From: Lama guanicoe
Lineage: Eukaryota
Direction: 5' to 3'
Assembly: GCA_013239625.1 (NCBI GenBank)
Contig: MU054187.1
Coordinates: forward strand, 11,181,231-11,245,230
DNA: 64,000 bases
In this document: piece by piece, positions 25,362 through 37,793 of the stretch
Layout of the letters: the number at the start of each line of letters is the position of its first letter
Numbering within the stretch: the first letter of the stretch is position 1
Notes under the pieces: model-generated
Database searches by the model: none
Told to the model about the DNA's origin: nothing
Seen by the model: only the letters and a program-made list of their open reading frames with translations
Made by a program: the position numbers and the translations under genes

Positions 25362-25409
25362 AAATGGATCTTGGTTTAAGTCACTTTGCTTTTGATAATT
25401 GAGAAAAAT

Positions 25410-25535
25410 CTAGCCAGAAGCTAGAGAGTCCGGAAGTCTGTTATTGCCCCCTGTAAAGATCAGCTTCCCTGGGCACAGCGCATGGTGGAGAAGGTGGACA
25501 GAGGATCTGGGGGGACAAGAAGATCTCTAGCACAG
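25410..25535. mobile_element. Old MLT1 LTR terminal fragment
   Basis: 'ccagaagctagagag...gatcagcttccctgggcacagcgcatggtggagaagg...ggatctggggggacaag...ctagcaca'. Confidence 0.6.
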
Positions 25536-25595
25536 GTGTGGGAAGGAGCTGGGGCATCCATGCCTTGAATAATCCCACGGCCAACTGACTCTGTG

Positions 25596-25700
25596 TCATT
25601 CATTTATCCATTCATTTAAGAAACAGCATTTGAGCACTCACTATTTGTATGATCCAGTGCTAGTCGCTAGGGAAACACAGTTGAAAAAAACAGACAAAAT
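25596..25700 (-). mobile_element. L2 3' end
   Basis: 'tcattcatttatccattcatt...ttgagcactcactat...gtgctagtcgctaggga...cagacaaaatc'. Confidence 0.75.
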
Positions 25701-28700
25701 CTTTTTTTTTTTTTTTCCAACCGCTTCACGTTTCCCCGGGTGGGGCTGTGGTGATTGCATGGTCCCAGGATTGCGCAGCTTTGTTCCTATTGTCCCACCC
25801 GCATAGCGGATATCTGCTTCTGGGCTGCCACAACCCACCTGCTAACCTGCCTCCGAGCCTCACTCTTCTATACGGGTCCCTGTCACCAGTGACTCACTGC
25901 TATCACTGTCACTCTGCTCAGGGCAAACTTGACTCAAAATGGACAAAGAAACTCTCCTCTGTTTTAAGAAAAAGCATAGCAGGACTACATAGAGCCCAAG
26001 TTGTTAAAGTTCTTTCAACTTTTTCGAGTTGATCTCTTTCTCTCGGAACACATCCTTGTCGTTAGGACGGCAAGATGACGTGGGATGTAAGTAACGGTCC
26101 CACCACTGCGCCTGAAACCGCCGCTGACCCTGCAGCTGAATATCTGCTATTCAGGACAACCCTTTCCCAGCTTCAGGTTGGATTTTCTCCTGGGTACCAA
26201 ATACTCCTTTTCTTCTCCCTGGAGTCAATCTAGACATAATTTAGTTGATGCAAACAGAGGCAAAGAGAGGAAGAGAGTGGCCATCCAGTTTCCCTTGGAC
26301 TCACTAGGACACCAGCTGACCTTACACCACACTCAGTAATTTAAACTTTATCCTATCGAGAGTGAGGAGCCATCAGAGTCAAAGCGAGGTCTCGAGGAGG
26401 AATTTGCAAGCATCCGTGTTCTGCCATTTAGCAAAATGAGTAAATTGTCTTCTGGGAGATGTTCACACTAAAAGAATGTGACATAAAAACCATCGTCTCA
26501 AATGGCTAGTCTTATTTTTTCCAGAGGAGGAATTTTTTAAAATTATCAATGTTGGTGATGGTTAGGGGACATTTAGCTGCTGAAGGAGAATTAGTCCAAG
26601 GGGCTCCCAAGTTTAAAGTTTAAATTACGGAAGCAACCATACCTGTTGATTCTCTTCTAATAGATGCTGAACTGGAGTAGAGTCCCCAGCCTTAATGGGG
26701 TCAATGGGACATTTATCCAGGATTTACCCCGGGAGCACACGACAGTCTGGTGAGGGTGGTCATTCGGAGGAAATCCTTGACAGGAGCGTTATCAAGCAAC
26801 AGGTTTGAGAAGCAAGTATTAGGTTAAAACAGCAGGACAAACAACGGTAGGTTAAAATGATGAAATCGTTTGACTATTGTGAGATTATCTTGTTTCAGGT
26901 TTGTGTTCCCAGGTTCTGTACCGTACATCTTGCCAAAGCCTGTTATTTCACACCATTGGTGGGCCTTTGATTTTAACCTAGTGTGTCAGCCCTAAGGCAC
27001 CCACTTGCAACTGCGACCACACAGCCTTTTCCTAATTTAAAATAAATATTTTCTTCATGTAAATCTAACGTTTACACCATATGATTCACTCAAGTCATGG
27101 TTTACCATTTCAGAATTCCATTGTCTCTCTATACATACATATATATATATAAACACATATATATATCCTTTTATATATTCCACATCCAAGACCGCCCCCG
27201 GACAGCAGACTCCATGTGTTGTGTCTAGCTTACTGACAATTGCAATTAGGAATATAAAAAGTGGATTGTTACGGAAGAGGAGCACAGTGGCCCAGAAGCC
27301 ATCCAGTGGCCTATTTCAGGGACCCCTCCATGCCCAGGACCTCGAGCAGTGTCTCACCTGCTCTGGGTGTCCCCAGGGTACCACAATTAGTACTGTTTTT
27401 CTGTTCATTTTCAGGTTAATTTAACACATATTCCAAGTCCCCAAAATGCTGGTATATAAAATTCTAGTAAGTATTTTATGATCCTAAGGTTTTGAGAGAT
27501 CTTTTCCTTCTCTCAACAATATTGCTCTAACATTAATATCTAAAGTCACTAGTTTTCATCTTTTGCAGTTTGTTCATTTTCAGAGTCCATTAACTAAGCC
27601 TGTGAGATTAGGCTGTTTTTCTAATAAGATAGCAAGGAAATATATCAAGATTCTGTTTTCTGCTGAGATGACAGCCAGCACCATTTCCAAAGAATTTAAT
27701 CCACAGATGTCTCATGCCCTTTGGTTGAAATGAGGAGTTAAATGAAAAATAATTGATCATAATATTTTAATTTGCAAGGACGATAAAGTTTTCATAAACA
27801 CTGTTATTTATCAGGACTTCATTAGCAGCCTTTAAAATATTCCACTGTTGAAGCTTTATCAAACCAGTTTAACAACAAAGGCAAAAAGATTCAACAGCTG
27901 AGGGTCAGTTTACTTAAAAACCACGCATCAAGTTGCTCCTAAGTTCTGTTTTCCATTCTTTTTTCTCCTGTGTCCCCCCTTTTTAAAAATTTTATTTTCT
28001 TCCTCACCAGGGGCTCATAATAACAGCTTTGTCTGGCCTCTGAATTCTTCCTTGTCATTTAATGCCAGCTGGGGTCTTGAGGAGCCCCGAATTCACTTCT
28101 CGCTTTTAACTTCTCAGACTGTCGGTCATTAATTGTTCAGTAAAAGGGCTGAAGATCAGATAAAATTGCTTAACCCCTCCTAGGCCAATGGCCCTGGTAG
28201 CCTGCGAGCTCTCCTCTACCGGTCACTCTGCCCGTATAATAGCCAGCTCTGCAGGGTTTCCAGCAGTCTCCTTTTGTTGAACTCAGTCCCCCTTCTCTAG
28301 GGCACTGAAAGGGTTAAGGAACGTTAAAATCAAAATTTATTTGCCCTTTGCCCTTTCATCAGTTGTGCTCTGGTTTGGATGTATATGGCCTTTCTCCTTC
28401 CTTGCTTTCCCTCCCAGAGCTTCACATTTATGCTGAATGGGTCTGTTTAAGAGGAGGGTGTTACATACTTGGAGGCTGTCATTTAATATAGCTCTTCTGT
28501 TTACTTAATTAATTAACTCATAACTGCCTCTTCCCCCCAGAATTGTTCATGGTGGCTTATAACACTACATGCTACAGAAAATAAGGGTGGAGCACACCCC
28601 TATATACATATATGTATCATAGAGAGAGAGAGGATACATAATATCCACTATAGAAAAAGGTACAGATACATACTGCAAACTATAGAAAGTAGGAGACAGA

Positions 28701-30299
28701 AATATATATGTATTTATTTATGGAACAACATGTAATTAATTAACATATTGATAATATTGATACATCATATTTTATTCATTATATAATATATAACTGATTA
28801 TATAAAATGTCATATATGATTAAGGATGTGTTAAATAGAATGTAAGAAAGCATAATAAAACATGTCCAAACCAATTCTCACAGGCAACACTGAAAACCAA
28901 GAGTTTGTTCTAAGTTAGATTTGGAAGCTTGGATTAGAGTTATTTTTTGAACAAAATGCTTAGGAAAACCATTCAGGGCAAGGCAAAATGATAGACATTC
29001 AGAGCTGTCAGACCCTTTGCGCCAGCTCTCCCTCACCTACTGACGTTTAATTTTCCTAATGGTTCTACTTTTTTTTTTTCTTTAAGTGAAAGGACTCTGT
29101 AAAGATAAGGGTACATTAGAGCCCATTAACACCATTAGGGCAAGTGTCTTAAAGAAAATCTGTTAAATATAACAAAAATGCTGAATTTTTACTCTCTTAG
29201 GCTGTTTTTTTGGCTCTTAAGACTACAGCCAGGTGGGTTATGTTTCAAAGCACCTTAATATCATTTGTATTTTACTTGTGGGATATCATGACCACAGATA
29301 AACCTTGGGAAGACAGAACCGTTCAGTTAAACCTTGCATCAGACCACGTGCCATAAACTGCACACAGACAGTTTCCAGCTGGGCAAACACTTAAGTTCCA
29401 TTTACAGCTCTAAACTGTGATCCTGTCTTTGAAAGTTCTCACCAGACCCTCAGCCCAGGGCTTGATGGGGCACCTGGATGAAGACCACAGGAGACCACAC
29501 TTTCACTTCCCCTTCTAGAAAACCGCATGAAGCCTTAACAAGTGTGTCGCAGAGTCACAGGACTCCTGTCACGAGGATTTCAATTTCATACAATTAAAGA
29601 GGAAAAATACAGTTACATAAACGAGAAGGATTGTAGTTAGACACTTACTTCTGTTTACTGTCACTGCCCTCCTTGTTAAAAACCACAGACAGGAAAGTTT
29701 TATTTTGACCTCGAAGGGGAGGCCTATAAAATGACGCTCTCATGTCTAGGAGGATTTGATGTTCAAGAGTAAGAAAGGAAATTTTAAAAAAAAAGAAAGG
29801 AGTATTTCAATCCTGACTGCCAGGAAAAAAAAAAAAAAAAGCTCATGTGAGTTTGTAGCTCCCCGAATAAATAAGAACTTGCTCAGATTTATTTTACGCC
29901 TCAACACCCAGTATTATATCTTTTGTTGTTTGGTTATGTTGTGCTCGTATTCCCACTTGTAAGTCTGTTATTCTTTCAGCTATAAATTTCTGATTAATCA
30001 TCCATAACTCTTACAGTTTACAGTAGTGGTTCACAACCATTTCCCAGAGGTCACTCATGAAAGATAAGATTTATGTGCAGGAAAAAGTTCCATGTAACAC
30101 TTATGGACTCTTAGATATAATATCACTCCATGTGTGCCCATCAAAAAAAATACCATATACAAATTAATGAAAGTAAGAGAGAGATAACCTTGAGTACAAT
30201 CTGCTGTTTTTATTGTAAATCACTGATAAACTTCATTTCTTTCACTTGTAAGACATGCCCAAGGCAGCAAGACAAATCCACTACATCACGACAGGACTG

Positions 30300-30520
30300 A
30301 GTACAGACTAGTGTCAGGCAGTGCTGGGTCTGGGAGCCACCTGTGCCCTTTGCCAGCTGTGGGGCCTTGGGCAAATTACTTAACTTCTCCCATTTTTCCA
30401 GCCTGTAAAATGGGAACAAGAGTAGTACATACATAAAAATATTCTTGAGAAGACCAAAATACACAATGCACGTACCAGGCTAAGCACAGTGCCTGGCACG
30501 TGTTACATAAATATTCTACT
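30300..30520 (+). mobile_element. MIR
   Basis: 'ccttgggcaaattacttaacttctc...ctgtaaaatgggaacaag...taagcacagtgcctggcac'. Confidence 0.9.
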
Positions 30521-30599
30521 AAGACTCGCTGGTTTAGAGAAGTTCTAGCATTATAAACCGGAGTTCAGAAACTAAGCCACTGGAAACCGTCCGTTTCCG

Positions 30600-31130
30600 T
30601 CCCTGAAAGAGAGAAACAGATCTGGACCCACCTTTCTACCATAACCAATTTTAGAACTGGACAAAACATCTGAAACACCTATTTTCAGACACTGGACAAT
30701 AATCATCACAGGATCTTTGAGAGAGGGGAAACAAATGAAGTGAATTCTACTAAGGCCCCAGCTTTCTACCTAGAGAGATTTCCCAAGATTGTAGCATAAG
30801 TCGTGGAATGAAGCACAGAATGCAGAGTTGAAGAGACAGAGTTTGGAGCTAAGTGACAAGGTGGCTGGAATTCTCGGGTCCAATTACTTGGGAGGAGGGA
30901 GCTATTGAAAGAAAGAGCCCAGAATTCTGCATGGTTTTCACTTGACTCTTTCGCTAATTGCCAACCTGTGCGTGTTTAGAGCAAATTCCATCAAGCTGGA
31001 TTAAAAAAAAACCCTCAACATCTGGTGAAAGGTTATTACCAAAAATTGGTAAGCCAAACAATTCCCAGAGCTCACACAAGCACAGAAACATCATCGAGAG
31101 TGGAGAGACCACATAGAATAAATAAAACAT
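30600..31130 (+). mobile_element. Old L1 5' region (L1MC/L1MD-type 5' UTR)
   Basis: 'aactggacaaaacatctgaaacacctattttcagacactggacaat...gagaggggaaacaaatgaagtga...gccccagctttct...cccagagctcacaca'. Confidence 0.6.
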
Positions 31131-31139
31131 TCTATAGCG

Positions 31140-32900
31140 ATTGTCCACAAAGACAGTGATGTATTCTCATAACTATATGTAGATCAATGAAACAGAATAA
31201 AGACGCCTATGCATATATGGTCAATTGATTATTGCCAAGGGATCCTAGTAAAATAACAGTCCTATCAAAAAATATGTTGAAACAACTAGATATTTATATT
31301 TTTTAAAAATCTACTCTCACGTTACACTTTATGCCTAAATTGATTTGAAATTGATTATATACCAACTATAAAAGACAAAATAATAAATCCTGTAGAAGAA
31401 AACAGGAGAAATTTTTGATACCTCGGGGTAGGCAAAGATTACTTAGAATGTAAAAAGCACAGAATATAAAAGAAAAAAACAGTAAAACAGATTTCAAAAT
31501 TAAAACCTTCTGCTCTTTGAAAACAACAAAGAAAATATTCACAGTATATTTTTCTTACTTGCAGCTTTTATCAAAAATGTGAATGCATACAACCCAACAA
31601 AAAGAAGGCCCAAAGATTTAAATAGATACTCAAAAAAGGCATAGCCAGATGGCCAATAAACCTATTAGAAAGTGGTCAAAATTCTTAATTATTAAGAAAA
31701 GGCAAAGTAAAAGCAAAATGACATACCACTACACACCCACTGAATGACTAACAATAAAGAGATTGACATTCCCAGATGTTGGTAAGAACATGAAATAACT
31801 GGGAAACCTATAGATTTTGGTAGGAATTTAAAATGGTAAAGCCACTCTCAAAAATAGCTTGGCAGTTTGTTAAAAGTGAAATATGCTCTTACTACATATC
31901 CTAGCATTTCCACTCTTGGCTGTTTATCCAAAAGAAACAAAAACATGTGTCTACCCAACATTTTGTTCATAAGCATTCACAGCCAATGTATTCACAATAG
32001 CCATGTGGAGGGTGGACTTTAAGGTGACCCTGGCGATCCCTATCCCCTGGAGTAATCCTTTCCTCTTGTATGTAGATGGGACCTGTAAGTTGCTTCTAAC
32101 CAATGAAACATAGACAAAGTCATGCCACATCACTCCTGTGACTACGTTATGTTACATAAGACTTCATCCTGACAGCAGACTCTGTACGCGGAAAGTGTTG
32201 CTTTCCATTTCTGGCTTCCAAGAAACAAGCCACCATGTCGTCTACAGCCTCTAGGAAATGAATTCTGTCAAAAACCTGACTGAGTTTGGAAAACAGTCTT
32301 CCCCAGTCAAGACTTCAGATGAGAACCCAGTTCTGGCCGACACCTTGACTGCAGCCTTGCAGAGAACTCTGCCGAGCTGTGCCTAGACTCCTGGCCTGGG
32401 AGTCCAGGAAATAATGAATGTGAGAGTTGTTTTAAGCTGCTAAGCTGGGGGTAATGTGCCCCAGCACAGAAACAGAACAGAAACACAGCAACAGAAAACT
32501 AAAATAAGCCAAAACCTGGCAACAACCTAAATACCAAATAAGTACATAGATATGTGATATATCTATACCATATAAAAGAAAAGATAATAATGTGCGTAAC
32601 AACAAAGACAAATCTCAAAAACAGCTGAGCAAAAGCAGCAAGAAACTAAAGACTGCCTGTTGCAGAATTCTATTTACATGACATTATTCAAAGAAGACAA
32701 ATCTTATCCATAGTAACAGAAAGCAGATCAAACCTCAAGAAACTGCTCCTGATATAGAGTAAGAACTTAGTAAGTGATCACCATAGAGGAATTTCAGGAG
32801 CCTAGATAAAATTCCGTATTGACTCTAACTACACAATAGCAAATGCTTAGAATGCTCAGCTAAATTAGGGCTTTCACTTAATTTCATTGACTAACAGTAT
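31140..32900 (+). mobile_element. Old L1 (L1ME-type) ORF2 3' part and 3' UTR, split by an MLT1 LTR
   Basis: 'agatcaatgaaacagaata', 'catatatggtcaattgatt', 'ggggtaggcaaagatt', 'cctagcatttccactctt', 'ttcacaatagcca|aaacctggcaacaacctaaa'. Confidence 0.85.
32004..32506 (+). mobile_element. MLT1E-type MaLR solo LTR
   Basis: Starts tgtgg; 'gggacctgtaagttgcttctaaccaat', 'ttccccagtcaagacttcagatgagaac', 'tgttttaagctgctaag'; perfect 5-bp TSD agcca (31999-32003/32507-32511). Confidence 0.9.
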
Positions 32901-33249
32901 ATAGATATGATTTTTCCCCCCAATAGTCTATTACGTTCAAGGCACTCCAGATCTTTGGACTGTGAAAAATATATAAGTATATATATATATAAAATATATA
33001 AAGTTCTAGATAGAGTCACAGGAAGAAATGCTTGCTTTGGGAAGAGAGTTCATGCTACATTCTTATATGAGTGGATGGTTGAGTTAGTTTTTGAAGGATA
33101 TGTAGAATTGGAATGTTTTGAGCAGGAAAGAAACTAAATGGAAGGATGTTTTTGTGTAAATGCAAGAATACTGAGAATAAGAAAGAGTTTCCTTTTAAGG
33201 ACTGTGGTATAAATAGTGGGAAATAATGCAAAATGGCAGAGGGGTTTGA

Positions 33250-34480
33250 ATGATTCTACTCTGAGTACATTCTCTCTAGGTCATTTTATCCAATCTTGTG
33301 ACACTAAATAATACATGTATGCCAACTATTCCAAATTATATCTTTATTTGGCCTCCTCATTAATCTACAAATTCAGTATCTGCCTCCTCTAAGCTGACTT
33401 GAGTGGCTAGTGACAATCATAACTTCAACATAGTGAAGAAGAGACTGGAGTCCATCTGCTCCCTAAACCTCCACCCTCAACCTTCTCCTTCTTAGTAAAT
33501 GGTATAATTGTCTTCCTAGTCGTCAGGTCAAAAAACCCAGGAGTTCCCTTTGAGTCTTCTCTTCCCCTCATCTTTATTTCAAATACATTGAGAATTCCTG
33601 CCCACTTTTCTCTGAAAATAAATTCTGACTCTCTCTCTCCAACACTCCCAGCCTGGTCCAAGCGGACCTGATCTCTTGCCTGAAGCTCGGCCTCGGCGTG
33701 ATAACTGGACTCTCCGCTCGCGTTCTGCCCCTCTGCAATCTCCTTCCACGTAGAAGCCAGAATAAGCTTTTTAAAGTTAAATTATACTGTGTAACACCCA
33801 TCAAAACCTTTCATCAGCTTCACATTGCAGTTGAAATGAAGTCCGACTTCCTTGTAGTGTCCACAAAGCCCTGTGCGGCCGGGCCCTTGGCCGCCTCTCT
33901 TTCTGGTTGCTCTCCACGCGGCACCCTGCTGACTCAGCTTCAGACACACTGGTTCCACCTCAGTCCTGCTCAGGGTTTTTGCCTTGTTGTTTCCTCGGCC
34001 TGGAAAATTCTGGCCCCTTGTCTTCAAATGGCTAGTCTGTCTTGTCCTTGGCTTCTCCCTTGGTGAAGCTCTGACGGGCACATCTCACCGGGCTCCTACC
34101 TAGGCTTGACTCCAAAACGTGAAGACTTTGGGGGACCCTCTTAAGAGACAGTGGAATGAAACAGCACGTTACCCAACTGGGTAAAATGTCTTACTTTGGT
34201 AACTACGACCACGAGACCAAATCTGCAGGGCTCCACAAAGGCTTGGGAAAGGGTCTTCACAGTTGAGGGACCCTTTGGGTTTAGATTTATCAGTGTCACA
34301 GACAACCTTCCTATAGTCCCAGCCTGTCAGCCTTCTTCACTCTGCTTCCTTGTCTTCACAGCACTTCCTGCTTCCCAGAAGTAACTTTCCATTTGTCTGT
34401 CTAGTTTCAAAAGATCTGGCCTCCCGTTCCCTATGAGACTGTAAACTTAATGAATATTTCTTGAATGAGTAAATATTAAA
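33250..34480 (+). mobile_element. L2 3' region (unassigned segment at ~34090-34300)
   Basis: 'tatgccaactattccaaattatatc', 'aaacccaggagttccctttgagtcttctct', 'cagggtttttgccttgttgtttcctcggcctggaa', tail 'aatatttcttgaatgagt'. Confidence 0.85.
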
Positions 34481-36986
34481 GAATTTGAAATGAAACTGGT
34501 AGAAAAAAGATGTAGAAAATAAAAAAGGGAAAAATTAGAAGTGTTATCATTAAGAAGGCTATTGATTTTATTTGCCATTGGCTTTTAAGGAGAGAAAGTG
34601 AGAATATGAATTCAACTTGTGCAAATGGAAATGATTAGGAAAGAAGGAAAAGTATGGGAGATACAATGCCTGTAGAATACGCAGAATTTGTCAGCTTAAA
34701 TGAAAGTAGCAAGTGGAGGAAAAAGTCAAATATTGCTGTAATATTTTAACCCCAGAAAATGAGAGGATAACAATACTGTAAAAAGAAACAACGAAAAGGC
34801 AGTTTATTTGAAGAAAACCCTAAGGTTAGCACCCAAGATTGGCTCAGAGATAGACTGACGTATCGCCTATGTGACTCTCTTTCTTAAAACTCTTTTTTTC
34901 CAACAATATTGATATTGTTTATTCTCTAGAAAGTGTTTTGGCCTCCAATCTTAATAAAAATCGTATCTATTATGACCATAAGCCAAAATTATACCAGTAT
35001 AGAGAAAGGTTAATTTTCCAAAATCATCAGTGGTATTATGAATAAGGTAAAATATTATCATTAAAAAAATCTGACTTATTTTCATATTTGACCTAATTTA
35101 GCTTTCAGAGAAAGCTTGTCAGTGTCAACCAGAGTGAGCAAAATTAATAGAATAGAATCAGTCAATGTCTGTTTAATCATCTCCTAAAGCAGGGTAACAT
35201 ACGGCTCTCCCTGGCTGCCCAAATGTTTGTTCTTAGCACTGCTGCGCGACCTGCAGGCTTTCAGAAGCCGGGGGAAGGGCCAGGGTTCAAACTGGAGCCA
35301 TGGAGCCGTCTCAACAGGAAGCATGTTTAATGAAACACTCAGCTGGGTGGGCCTGAAATTTCGTAAAGTAAAAATTCAGATGACATCCTTGCAATCTGTC
35401 TCCTGGTTTAAAATCTATCACTGTGTGGTGTGCTGAAAAATTCTATCTTTTCTCCTTTTCCCGATTGAAACCTTGTCCAACCTACAACCAGAAAGAGGAG
35501 GCAGCATTTGCATCAATGTAAAGCCAATGATTCTCATTCAATAAAGAGAAATTATATATTGACAAGATAGATTTTAAAAATCTGGGATGGAATTTCAACA
35601 GGTGTTCACACAATTCATCATTTACCAGTGAAATTCGAAACATATCCCATCTTTTTCTCGGCCCGTTATCTCACCTGTACAATTATGAATATATCAAGAC
35701 TCTAGAAAAGAGTCGCTGAAATCTGTCCCTGCCTTACGGGCCCCACTTCCACAGCAGACCTTTCAAATGGAAGTCGTTTCTTTCTCCATCATATCTCAGC
35801 CGTATAGGGTTACAAAGCCAGCGGCTCATGCGTCCTCATAAGCCTCCCTCTTCCTTTCCAGGCCAGGATGCTTCCACCTTGATGCAAGCCCCTCCTCCTT
35901 GAAAGATACTTCATCTGGGTATAAAGAACCAGCCAAACTCTCTCTCCCTTCTCCCCCCATCTCCACCCCATGAACCCAACTAGGACTTTGGTATTTATCT
36001 TACACTCCAGCAAGGTCCAAGTTTCATCATGAACGACCTTGAATTCATATGTATGACTCATCCAACTCCCTGGTCGCAAAACTTCTTGTTTTCCTAAGTC
36101 AATGAATTGCATCTTCATTCCGCTTCAGCAAACCATTCCCCTGAGCTGGGATTTCAGCCAGAGTTTCAAGTTCTCTGACCTTAACTCTCATCCCTTCCAC
36201 TTTCTCACTCCTTATTTCACAGTGGAGGGCATAGTCACCAGACATATAACAAAGAATTAATACCCCACAAATCAATAAGAAAAGGTCAAACCACCAGGAG
36301 AAAATGCACAAATGATAAGAGCAGACAGTTTAGAGAAGAGGACTCAGAAGACCTCCAGTGACTTGAGCCTTTTTCTTCTAGTCTATCATCCTCACCCTGT
36401 AATTTAAATCCTTCCCATTCTCTTATTTGCATCCTCAAAACCCTTACCTCCATCTGCTCTACCAATCATCACATCTTCTACTAACCTATCTATCATTTTC
36501 CCCAATTCCTCACTTCTTGCTGATGGCTGCTGGGCACCGTTATAAAACCTTGTGGTTTGGTGCCTACAAACTTAAGGCTTTTAACCTCAGATGGGGCCTT
36601 GGGTCCCACAGAAGCCATTCTAAGCTTTTATCACTATAAGGAAGATATTTATTTGCAGTCAACAGATTATATTTCATGTTGTTTCATAGAAAAAAAAATT
36701 GCAACTATCAGGTGGGAATGCCCTCCATTTCCTTGTCATAAATCAGCATTTTATATCCATTCCACAAGACGAAGTTTTCCTTAAAGAACCCCACACGTTC
36801 ATATACTCTGCCTCAGAGAAAAACCACTTTTCATTTCCTGGCTTGTGTCTTGAGACCCTTTTCTGTGCATTTTCAAATATATTCATATATATTTGAAATA
36901 TATTTGTGAATATAGTTTTGAAATATATTTGTTTGTAAACATATTTGAAATAGATTTCTGTGTTAATATTTTTATGTAATTACACC

Positions 36987-37793
36987 TGTCTTAGTCCATG
37001 TGGCTGCAGTAAAAAAAGACAGACTTGTGGCTTGTAAACAACAGAAATTTATTTCTTACAGTTCTGGATTTGGAAATCCAAGGTCAGGGTGCCAGCACCA
37101 TCAGGTTAGCATGAGGGCTCTTCCAGGATGCAGACTTCTCACTGAGTTCTCACCCTACGGAGGCAGGTGAAGAATCTCGCTGGAGCGCTCATGACCTACT
37201 CACCTCCCAACGGCCTCACCTCCCAGGACCATCACTTTAGAGGTGTCGACTGAAATAAATGCACAGCTTATAAATTGAGAGTTATGTTTTATTTGGCTGA
37301 CACTTCTGAGGACTTGAACTCCTTGGAGCCCGGGATGACAGCCTCTCAGATCGCTCTGAGGGGCCGCTCCGAAGAGGTAGGGGAGGAGCTAGGATAACTA
37401 GGAGCTTTACAACAAAGACCAGGTAGTCGGGACATTAAAGATTACTTGTTAACTAAAGAAAACCAGGCATCTCAAGTTAAAGAATTTAGCGAGTTTCTCT
37501 GTATGGGAGGAAGGAAACATTTGGGCTCATTGAATTCATTCCTTTGACAAGCACCAAGCTATCTAGGGCCAGTGTCCTGTCCTTTCTTATTCTGAGTCCC
37601 CTCAGGGTGCACCATTGTGAGGGGCTGCAGAGGAGGGGCTGCAGGCCTGTCTTCACTGGGGGGTGGCAGCAGCCGCTGACAACTTAATGGTTTCAGCATT
37701 CTTTGTTTACTGATATGGTTTGCAGTAGTTTTCGTTCAGAGTTTAGCTCTCAACAAGTGAATCTGGGAGGACACAGACATTCAGGCCATAGCA
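36987..37793 (-). mobile_element. MLT1A-type MaLR LTR (36987-37243 plus 37743-37793), split by an ERV1 LTR
   Basis: 'tgtcttagtcc...aaacaacagaaatttatttcttacagttctgga...tccaaggtcagggtgccagca...accatcac', resuming 'ttag...ggacacagacattcaggccatagca'. Confidence 0.9.
37244..37738 (-). mobile_element. Relatively young ERV1-class solo LTR (495 bp)
   Basis: TG...CA ends; minus-strand AATAAA at ~37288-37293; CpGs retained; 'cagcctctcagatcgctctgaggg...ctccgaagaggtagggg' resembles cetartiodactyl ERV1 LTRs; TSD gagg/gagt. Confidence 0.85.
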
